From positions 96,218 to 160,217 of the forward strand of contig CAXXFK010000021.1 of assembly GCA_963663965.2 (NCBI GenBank): 64,000 nucleotides of DNA, read 5' to 3'. The translations under genes were made by a program, and so were the position numbers. Below the pieces are notes generated by a model, which had not been told where the DNA came from, did not search any database, and saw only the letters and a list, made by a program, of their open reading frames with translations. Below, piece after piece: positions 42,107-50,825 of this stretch (position 1 is its first letter; each line of letters starts with the position of its first letter). The DNA comes from Sedimentisphaerales bacterium (lineage in GTDB: Bacteria > Planctomycetota > Phycisphaerae > Sedimentisphaerales > SM23-30).

Positions 42107-44137
42107 TTAGGGAATAATAATAAAATCATAATCACTTTCAGTATATTTATAAATGCTAACGGGCACATTATTCTGCATAAAATCATACCAAACGGCAAAA
42201 GCAAGGCTCGATTCCCATTCCCCTTCATGCAAATGGGGCATCTCTGAGACGCCATCTTCACACTTTAAAAGATACTTAAATTCCTCACCACTTTCATCGT
42301 GATCCAAACCAAAATAGATCAGACTGTTCTGAAGGCTGTTACAGGCACTCCATGGTTCCCACGCCACCGATTCAGGAGTAGTGATATAGTCGCCATCATT
42401 AATCTCAATCAGCAAAGGAATCTGTACCGGTTGTGGCAAAGGATTAGTAGTTTCAGGTACTCCGAAGGGAATAGTCACCGAGTGGATATGACCATTTTGA
42501 TAATATATAATTATTTCATATTCACCATAACCACTGGTGTCATAATCCTGCAAATCATCAAGATTAAATAATTCCGCCTCATACGACCATTCGTACGCAT
42601 TTAAATCAACATTATAATCCCAGTCCGTATAAAAGTTCCCATCCGGGCCTTCAGAGGCCCAATACCCTCTCTTGGGAATCTGAACCGAGTGATTCGATGT
42701 CGTTATGAAATCAATATGGTCAACCGTATTATCAGTCATCACTTTCAATTCAAAATTGTATTCGGTATCGTTATCATCATTCGGACTGCTATAATCATGG
42801 CCGACTCCGATTGTAATTGAGAATATATGATCCGACATTTGATCGATATCTAGCCACCGGTTAACCAGATAATTTAAATCAAATATATCAACGGCCAGAT
42901 CTCCCGTCAAATCTGAATTGTCACACCACCCGCAATCTTTCAATAACCATTGAGCAGTAATCTGAGCCAGGTCATTCCAGTTGACAATACTATTATTATC
43001 AATATCCGGATTATTCCATGCTAGTTTAGGATAATCCTGACCCTGTATCCCCCAGATTGGGCGGACAAAATCCCAACCGGCATTAATAAATGTCGATGAA
43101 TCATGCATTTCATCTGTTGTTTTTCCTTCGCTGCCGGAACTGTCGCCAATCCCGGAAATATCGATATCCCAGAAGCAGTTATGAACAACCCCCTCATTTT
43201 CCGCGTAACCAATAAAACCTCCGACATGATAATCGCCATTCACTTTACATGCTGAATAACAATTGCTGATTCCTTTATCTTCGGCAATCACTTGGCTATA
43301 ACCAATCAATCCCCCAACACTGGATTCACCAGTAACTTGCCCCAGCGCATAGCAGTTCGCTATGGCCACGTGACTCCAATATTCGCCCAATAATCCCCCA
43401 ACGCTATCCACCCCGGTTGTTGTCGTATTGGCAAAGCAGGCAATGGTTTCCGAAGCGCCGCACTGGCCAACAAGACCACCGACTCGATAACCGCCCGTGA
43501 CACAGCCAATCATACCGCAATATTCCAATTTCGCTTCCTCAAGATAGTCATCTGAAAACCATAACCAGGTACTATATCCCACCAGACCGCCAATATTGTC
43601 GCTATAAACATTTCCTTTAACTTCTCCTTCATACAAGCACCTGGTGATATGACTCGCTTCGTTATAACCACACAGGCCGCCCACATACGATGAATTACCG
43701 CCATTAACAGATCCATTTTTTATAGTTAAATTTTTAATGACCGCCTGACTGCATTGACCAAACAGTCCCAGATAATTCGCATCATCATTGACAGGATCGC
43801 TATCCCCCAAGGTATCGATGGTCAAGTTATAGATACATTTGCTATTGCCGTCAAATACACCACTAAAGGCAATTACCACATACCCGGAATTAGGATCATA
43901 TCGAATAGGAGCAATGACTGCTGACATAAAAGGAATATACTTTAAATCAATATCCGCAACTAAAATAAAGTTAGAACAATAATCTTCTGGACTTTGGCCC
44001 AAGGTAACCAAATCTTCAGCAGATGCGATTTGCCAGGGATCACTAACAGTACCATTTCCACCAGAATACTGACCGTAAAGACATACACATCCAGTCAAAA
44101 GATAAAACGAAAATCCAAATAAATAATTCTTGACCAT
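42107..44137 (-). CDS. Secreted GLUG-motif protein with a dockerin-like segment and an acidic C-terminal domain
   Basis: YSGGNGT..DPWQI, FDGN, VGGL.G repeats, AGWDF, D...D..V...DL...WL twice. Confidence 0.82.
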   Translation of the reverse strand: MVKNYLFGFSFYLLTGCVCLYGQYSGGNGTVSDPWQIASAEDLVTLGQSPEDYCSNFILVADIDLKYIPFMSAVIAPIRYDPNSGYVVIAFSGVFDGNSKCIYNLTIDTLGDSDPVNDDANYLGLFGQCSQAVIKNLTIKNGSVNGGNSSYVGGLCGYNEASHITRCLYEGEVKGNVYSDNIGGLVGYSTWLWFSDDYLEEAKLEYCGMIGCVTGGYRVGGLVGQCGASETIACFANTTTTGVDSVGGLLGEYWSHVAIANCYALGQVTGESSVGGLIGYSQVIAEDKGISNCYSACKVNGDYHVGGFIGYAENEGVVHNCFWDIDISGIGDSSGSEGKTTDEMHDSSTFINAGWDFVRPIWGIQGQDYPKLAWNNPDIDNNSIVNWNDLAQITAQWLLKDCGWCDNSDLTGDLAVDIFDLNYLVNRWLDIDQMSDHIFSITIGVGHDYSSPNDDNDTEYNFELKVMTDNTVDHIDFITTSNHSVQIPKRGYWASEGPDGNFYTDWDYNVDLNAYEWSYEAELFNLDDLQDYDTSGYGEYEIIIYYQNGHIHSVTIPFGVPETTNPLPQPVQIPLLIEINDGDYITTPESVAWEPWSACNSLQNSLIYFGLDHDESGEEFKYLLKCEDGVSEMPHLHEGEWESSLAFAVWYDFMQNNVPVSIYKYTESDYDFIIIP

Positions 44138-44615
44138 AGGTTGCACTCCAGAATGCAATAACAATAAAGGCGACTTTTCCAGCTATCCTCAAATATACTC
44201 TATCAATTCGAATATATTTTTTCAACAGTCTTTCATAGTTGCTTAATAACCACAGTGAATATTATTTCCTCAAAAATCACACAATTTATTATTATAAAAT
44301 AACTTAAAACAGGTCTTTATAAAACACAGTGCATGTTATTTTGTTGACAACCTCTGAAAACAACATAAATCTTTAAATAATAAACTATTAAGAATAAATC
44401 AGCCGAATTTTACCCATGAAACTAATCTGTCATAAAAATATAAATACGAAAATATTGTGTTATATATAATAAAAACATAATATTTAAATTGCCTTCAAAC
44501 AAAACGCGGTCTATAATTCCAAAGTCGCCCCAATAGCCCCCAAACCACCCGCCAACCTCCGGCGTGCCCCGCCCCAACCAGCCACGCCCGCAGAGATATT
44601 CTGCGCATGGACTGT

Positions 44616-45530
44616 GGCGCCTTCAAGCGCTTGTGGGTGCTTACCTGGCCCAGGGCTATCTGATGCGGACCAGACCCAACCAGCCAATTTATTTTGGCTG
44701 ATATGAAGGTACGAAAGAAATGGAAATCAACAAAAACAACACAACCCGGCAACCCAGCCATAAAAGGCTTGAAAAGCCGAAAGTAACTAGCCGGGGTCCG
44801 TAAGGCCCCGGTCAGCAATTGTAATTGTTATGTTTATAAACCCACGCCTCGCAGAGGCGTGCCGACAGGATTTCGCACCGGAGGCGAAAGATAAAACCGG
44901 CCATGAACGCAACGAATAACAACACAAAACGAAACGAAGCCAATGATGAAAATAAGCCCTAACCTCAACCATAAATTGACCTTAGCGAAATTTAAAAAAT
45001 CATCCGCCCGCCGGCGGATACCCAAAACGGCCCAACGGGCCGGCATAAAATAGCCCAGGCAGAGCGAATCCCGTAAAACGGGATGAGCGCCACCCTGGGT
45101 AACGAAACAGAATTTGAAAATTTTAAACCCACGCCTCGCAGAGGCGTACCTGCAGGATTTCGCACCGGAGGCGAAAGATGAAAATAGCATGAGCGCAGCG
45201 AATACCAACATAAAACGTTGAGCGCAGCGAAATCCCGATCTATCGGGAAAGCCAACGATGAAAATAATGACCCTAACCTCAACAACCAAATAAGCTTAAC
45301 AAAAAATAAAAACTCATCCACCTCAAGGTGGATACAAATAATATCTCGAAGAGATCAAAAGTGCATAGCCCGCCAATTCATTGGCGGGAATACCCGAACC
45401 CGAGTTAGAAAATTTTAAACCCACGCCTCGCAGAGGCGTACCGACAGGATATCTCGCAAAAGAGATAGATAAAACCAACATGAGCGCAGCGAATACCAAT
45501 GCAAAACGAAACAAACCCAATGCTTAAAAT
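44616..45530. repeat. Tandem ~290-bp structured mosaic repeat (BIME/REPIN-like)
   Basis: Identical 24-mer taaacccacgcctcgcagaggcgt at 44837, 45124 and 45416, with homologous intervening sequence and many hairpins. Confidence 0.85.
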
Positions 45531-45623
45531 TATTGCCATAACATCAATAAAAAAATGACTTTAACGAAACCCGAAAACATCGGGCTAAAACTTATAACAA
45601 TCTTTTAACAGGAGGTACCAACC

Positions 45624-46463
45624 ATGTCATCTTCACTCAGAAGACTACGCGCCAACCGTCGCAACGCCCAGAAATCCACCGGCCCCAAAACCCCCGAAGG
45701 CAAGGCCATCTCATCGAAAAATGCCATCAAGCACGGCCTCAGCGGCCAGGACCCCGCCCATCTCATCGTCCCCGGCGAATCCGAACTCACCTACCTCGAG
45801 TTCAGCGCCGCACTGCTGCAAGACCTCAAACCCACCACCTACCTCCAGCGCCACATCGCCGACCAGATCGTCTCGGCCGCCTGGCGTTTGGAACGGATCG
45901 GCCGCATCGAGGCCGAAATGATCGACGCCCGCGTCTATAAACTCCGCCTCACCAACGAAGAGATCCGTAAAGACACCGTCATCGACCAGCCCTTCGCCCA
46001 TTCCAGCATCTACCTCCCACGCCACAACGAAGTCGGCACTGCCTTCACCCTCGAAGTCCCCGCCTTCAACTGCCTGGCCCGCTACGAAGCCCACCTCAAC
46101 CGAACCTTCCAGGCCAATCTTAAGCTCCTGCAACAATTGCAATTACAACAAAAACCAAACGAAGCCAATGCCTACCCGCCAGAGTACCCATTTCCCGACC
46201 TGCCCCGCATCCACATCCCCGATCCACCCAGAATCCCCACGCACCCCAGCGAAGCCAAATTAGCCCCCGAATACATCAAAGACCGACTCCCCGAATTGAT
46301 GAAAGACCACAGCGTAACTGACGACCAGGTCTTCAGTTACGCCTGCAACCGCTACGAAGCCCTCAACACGTTTGCGAACCAGAACGGCGAAGAAGCCCTC
46401 CACGCCCTCGGTATCCCCACCAAACCACCCGCCGATATCCCCATCCAGGAGGAAAAGAAATAA
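45624..46463 (+). CDS. Hypothetical protein of the ANRRNA-STGPKTPEGK-KHGL type
   Basis: Strong RBS GGAGG; N-terminus RANRRNAQKSTGPKTPEGKAISSKNAIKHGL; host-like codon usage. Confidence 0.8.
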   Translation: MSSSLRRLRANRRNAQKSTGPKTPEGKAISSKNAIKHGLSGQDPAHLIVPGESELTYLEFSAALLQDLKPTTYLQRHIADQIVSAAWRLERIGRIEAEMIDARVYKLRLTNEEIRKDTVIDQPFAHSSIYLPRHNEVGTAFTLEVPAFNCLARYEAHLNRTFQANLKLLQQLQLQQKPNEANAYPPEYPFPDLPRIHIPDPPRIPTHPSEAKLAPEYIKDRLPELMKDHSVTDDQVFSYACNRYEALNTFANQNGEEALHALGIPTKPPADIPIQEEKK

Positions 46464-46619
46464 GGTAACCCCAACTGCCAAAACCAGTGCATAACACCCG
46501 AGGATTGATCAAATCTATCAATCCACCCGGATAAGTTGCGCACCATGCTCGCCACTATCGCAATATTTCTATAGTTGCGATCCCTCTACTTTAAGGTATA
46601 CTAAATTAAGGAATACTAA

Positions 46620-46895
46620 ATGACAATTTCCGATTATGACAACCAGAAAACCCGCTGCCGCATGTTAGGCCACGAGATCGGCTTTGACTACTGCCGATCC
46701 GGCGCCTCAGGCCGCCCCTGCCGCAAAATCTTCGACTGTTGGTTCGAAAAGTTTGACATCCAGCAGTTCATGACCACCCATTACACCCCCGAAGAGATCG
46801 CTTCGATCCTCACCCCACCCAAACCAAAAATGCTTTCACTCGTCGAACTGATCCAGCAGGCCCGCGACAACGCGCAAAACAAACCCAAAGAATAG
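46620..46895 (+). CDS. Small Cys-containing hypothetical protein
   Basis: AAGGA RBS; CRMLGHE..F.YCR...PCRKIFDCW. Confidence 0.75.
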   Translation: MTISDYDNQKTRCRMLGHEIGFDYCRSGASGRPCRKIFDCWFEKFDIQQFMTTHYTPEEIASILTPPKPKMLSLVELIQQARDNAQNKPKE

Positions 46896-46930
46896 GTCGG
46901 ATTCGCTACCGTATATAAGAAAGGAACACC

Positions 46931-47611
46931 ATGTGGACCATCCAGCAAGTCGCCCGCACCATTGACCATGCCGTCCTGAAGCCCAACGCCAACGAACAGG
47001 ATGTCATCGACGGTTGCAAACTCTGCCTGCACTATCAGACCGCCTCTCTTTGTGTGCGTCCCTGCGATGTCCCCCTGGCCGCCCAGCACCTTAAAGGCAC
47101 CCCCGTCAAAACCTGCGTCGTTGTCGGCTTCCCCCACGGCTCCAACTGCCCCGATATCAAAGCCGCCGAAGCCCGCCTGGCCCTGCAACAGGGCGCCCAC
47201 GAAATCGACATGGTCATGAATATCGGTCAGTTCCTCTCCGGCCGCCACCAACTCGTCCAGCAGGATATCCAGGCCGTCGTCACCAAAGCCCGTCCCCATC
47301 AGGCCCTCGTCAAAGTCATCCTCGAAACCTGCTACCTCACTCCAGACCAGATCGTCACCGCCTGCCAACTGGCCCAGGCCGCCGGCGCGGACTTCGTCAA
47401 AACCTCCACCGGCTACGGCCCCGGTTCCGCCACTCCCGAAGCGATCGATATCATGATCCGTACCGTCGGCCAGTCCATGGGCGTCAAAGCCTCCGGCGGA
47501 ATTCGCAACTGGGAAACCGCCGTCGCCTATCTCGAACAAGGCTGCACCCGCCTCGGTATCGGCGCCACTCAGGCTGTTCTCGAAGGTGCTTCCACCAACG
47601 AAACTTACTAA
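46931..47611 (+). CDS. deoC: Deoxyribose-phosphate aldolase
   Basis: IDHAVLKP, VVGFPHG, EIDMVMN, KVILET, FVKTSTG, VKASGGIR. Confidence 0.96.
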   Translation: MWTIQQVARTIDHAVLKPNANEQDVIDGCKLCLHYQTASLCVRPCDVPLAAQHLKGTPVKTCVVVGFPHGSNCPDIKAAEARLALQQGAHEIDMVMNIGQFLSGRHQLVQQDIQAVVTKARPHQALVKVILETCYLTPDQIVTACQLAQAAGADFVKTSTGYGPGSATPEAIDIMIRTVGQSMGVKASGGIRNWETAVAYLEQGCTRLGIGATQAVLEGASTNETY

Positions 47612-47763
47612 AACGCCCAACGGCATTGACACATATAGATAATATTTTTCTAATATTCCGCTTGCATTTCGACCGATAATCATACATAGATATAATATCT
47701 CTTAACATTTGATTCAGGTTCTCGGCAAAATATATAAAGCAAGCCCATCTCTACGGACTGTCA

Positions 47764-48330
47764 ATGATACAATGGTTCTGGAATTTGATCTGCCTGCGCG
47801 GCCTGCCCCGCCCGATGCAAATCGTCATCTACGCCCTGATCGGCGTCGCTCTGGGCGGCGGCATTCTCGTTGCCAGACTCGGCAATGCCCTGTCCTACCT
47901 GTCCGACTCACCCGAAACCTGTATGAATTGCCATGTCATGACCGATGCCTACCTCTCCTGGCAACGTGGCAGTCACGCTCGGGTTGCGCTCTGTAACGAC
48001 TGCCACGTCCCGCATGATAATCCAGTCGCCAAATACGCCTTTAAAGCCCGCGACGGTATGAAACACTCCGCAGTCTTTACCCTGCGTACCGAACCCCAGG
48101 TCCTCGAACTCTCTCATGGCGCCCGCCCGGTTGTCCAGTCCAACTGCCTGCATTGTCATGCCGATCAATTCGCCATGATTCGGCTGGCAGACCAGACCGA
48201 ACGCGCTTGTTGGGACTGCCATCAGGGATTCCATGGTATCGAACGCAGCCAGTCTTCCTCACCACACATTCTCCGGCCGTCTCTGCCCGACGCCGGTTTA
48301 GACATTATGAAATCAGGAGCTAACCCGTGA
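47764..48330 (+). CDS. nrfH: Cytochrome c nitrite reductase small subunit (tetraheme, NapC/NirT family)
   Basis: N-terminal TM, SYLSDSPETCMNCHVM, four CxxCH motifs; upstream of nrfA. Confidence 0.93.
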   Translation: MIQWFWNLICLRGLPRPMQIVIYALIGVALGGGILVARLGNALSYLSDSPETCMNCHVMTDAYLSWQRGSHARVALCNDCHVPHDNPVAKYAFKARDGMKHSAVFTLRTEPQVLELSHGARPVVQSNCLHCHADQFAMIRLADQTERACWDCHQGFHGIERSQSSSPHILRPSLPDAGLDIMKSGANP

Positions 48331-49762
48331 ATCAGACCAATCCCAAGGAAAAATGTTGTGCCCAGCTGCCGCTCTGGGCCGGTGTCCTTATCGTCATCCT
48401 GGTTGCAGGTGTCATCGTCTTGCTTGGCCTGCTGGCCACCTCCATCACCGAACGACGCTGGGAGGCGCAACGACCGGCCCTCGTTGTCAAACCCATCGAT
48501 ACCTGGGAAACCGACAACGCCAAATGGGGCGAAAACTACCCCCGGGAATACGAATCCTACCTCAAAACAAAAATTGATACCACCAAAACCCTCTTTGGCG
48601 GCGCCTACCCGCGAGACTATCTCGATATCGATCCCTATCAGGTCGTCCTCTTTGGCGGATACGGTTTCAGCAAAGACTATCTCCAGGCCCGCGGCCATGC
48701 CTACGCCGTGGAAGATGTCACCAAAACCAAACGCATTAAATCCCCCTTCAACGCCGCCACCTGCTGGACCTGCAAAAGCCCAGACGTGCCACGCGTCATG
48801 AACGCAATGGGGGTTAAAGAATACTACGCCGCCAATTTCCACGATCTCAAAGGCGAAATCACCCATCCCATCGGCTGTCTGGACTGCCATGATCCAGCCA
48901 CCATGAAACTCCGTATCTCCCGCCCGGCACTCAAAGAAGCCTTTACCGCCATGGGTCGCGATATCAACCAGGCCACCCATCAGGAAATGCGGTCACTGGT
49001 CTGCGCCCAGTGCCATGTCGAATACTATTTCAAAAACGATCCGGCCGAAAACAAAAAAAATTACCTCACCTACCCCTGGCAGAAAGGCACAACCCCGAAG
49101 CCATGATTGACTATTACGATGATATGGAATTCGCCGACTGGACCCACCCCGTTTCCCAAACCCCCATGATCAAGGCCCAGCACCCCGATTACGAAATGTA
49201 CACCACCGGCATTCATGCCTATCGCGGCGTCTCCTGTGCCGATTGCCACATGCCCTATATTACCGAAGGCGGCGTCAAGTTTACTGATCATCATGTCCAG
49301 AGCCCGCTCCTGAAAATTTCCGCCAGTTGTTCCGTCTGCCATCGCTGGAGCGAGGAGGAAGTCAAACAACGCGTCGAATCCATCCAGCAGAAAGTGTACG
49401 ATACCAAACTCGCGACCGAACAGGCCATCTCGCTGGCCCACTTCGATATCGCCGCCGCCATGCAGGCCGGTATTGATGACCAGGCCCTCACCCAACCGCG
49501 CCAGACCCTGCGCCATGCCCAGTTCCGCTGGGATTATGTCTCCGCCAATAACGGCATGGGATTCCACTCACCCCAGGAAACCATGCGCATCCTGGCCCAG
49601 GCAACCAACGAAGCCCAGCAAGTCCGGCTAAAGACCGCTCGCCTGCTCGCTTCCAAAACCATTGCCGCCGAACCGAAATATCCGCCCATTGACACACGCG
49701 ATAACGCGACAACTGCAATCAAAGGATTTATCGACGGAACACCCCCTCAATTGATTCCCTGA
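48327..49762 (+). CDS. nrfA: Pentaheme cytochrome c nitrite reductase catalytic subunit; -1 frameshift near 49094
   Basis: CWTCK plus four CxxCH across the two ORFs; ARGH, KAQHP, GFHSP. Frames join at KGTTP/EAMIDYY. Confidence 0.92.
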
Positions 49763-49949
49763 CAAACGAAAATCTTTACTATTGTTTCACTTACATCTCT
49801 TACCTTTGCTGCCGTTTCTCTGGCAGACTTGATCTCTTACTCCTCCAACTCATACATACTTATCACAATATCTTGACATAGTGCCTCCTCTGACTTACAA
49901 TATAAATAAGTAAACAATTAGAGAATATGTACTAAACTTGGAGGAAACT

Positions 49950-50621
49950 ATGAAAAATTGTCGCGTAATTCCATTTCTTACAGCAAGTTGTCTCATCTCA
50001 CTGGCATCGTATCCCTGTCTGGCCTCTACGTTAGCCATCTGGACATTTGGAGAATCTTCATCCCAATACACCATGCAGGTTGAATCCACGCTCTTCATCG
50101 ATACACCCGTAATTTCCATGACTGGCGGTGATATCGACAGTAACGGCAAAGATGGCGTTGATTATACCGACGCTTCTGGTGTTTTTCATGCTGCCGGTCA
50201 AGGGGCGGCCTGGGATGATATCAATAAATCAGGCTCCGATAACGATGCCGCCCTCACGATTCAATTGAATACGACCGGCTTTACCCTCCAGTCCATCCGC
50301 TGGGATTACCGGGGGGAACTCGCCACCAGTTTCGATATGGATTATCGATTAACGCCCGACGGGGACTGGATTGAAATCAGCAATAATGAGCCTCTGACTG
50401 CTGATTACGAATGGCACAGTGTCTTAGTTGATCTAACCTCATTTGCTGCCATCAACAATCAATCCTTCGTACAAATTCGCATCGACGATCTGGACGAAGG
50501 TGACGGTAACGATAAATATGTCTTCGATAACATGGAGATTATCGGCGTTCCCGAACCGGCTTCACTATTACTCCTCGGATTAGGCTCTGCCGCGTTAACC
50601 CGAATTCGCCGCAAAAAATAA
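49950..50621 (+). CDS. PEP-CTERM protein
   Basis: Signal peptide; ends VPEPASLLLLGLGSAALTRIRRKK. Confidence 0.9.
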   Translation: MKNCRVIPFLTASCLISLASYPCLASTLAIWTFGESSSQYTMQVESTLFIDTPVISMTGGDIDSNGKDGVDYTDASGVFHAAGQGAAWDDINKSGSDNDAALTIQLNTTGFTLQSIRWDYRGELATSFDMDYRLTPDGDWIEISNNEPLTADYEWHSVLVDLTSFAAINNQSFVQIRIDDLDEGDGNDKYVFDNMEIIGVPEPASLLLLGLGSAALTRIRRKK

Positions 50622-50644
50622 TTAGACATCGCCATAACTTTCTT

Positions 50645-50672
50645 AAGCCGGTATCTATTACCGGCTTTTTTT
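50645..50672 (+). terminator. Intrinsic terminator
   Basis: aagccggta...taccggctt followed by a T-run. Confidence 0.8.
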
Positions 50673-50825
50673 ATCTCTTATCCAAATCACTAATTAACTC
50701 ATTGGTCCTGTAACAAAAACTCCCGAATTATCCATTAAAATAAGAACATTCGCTATATGGACGATAATAGAATATCTCTTATATACCTGTTTTAAAAACG
50801 TCTCAATCCCACAAAAGAAAACAAC

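Noticed and set aside
44837..45440. CRISPR array (three identical 24-bp palindromic repeats)
   Set aside because: Intervals are ~265 bp and homologous to each other rather than unique 30-40 bp spacers; no cas genes.
44495..45520. Short minus-strand ORFs across the repeat region
   Set aside because: They overlap in several frames, are low-complexity and simply translate the repeats; no coding signature.
48327..49762. nrfA as a true pseudogene or two genes
   Set aside because: A single base restores a complete five-heme NrfA; it fits the window-wide homopolymer error pattern.
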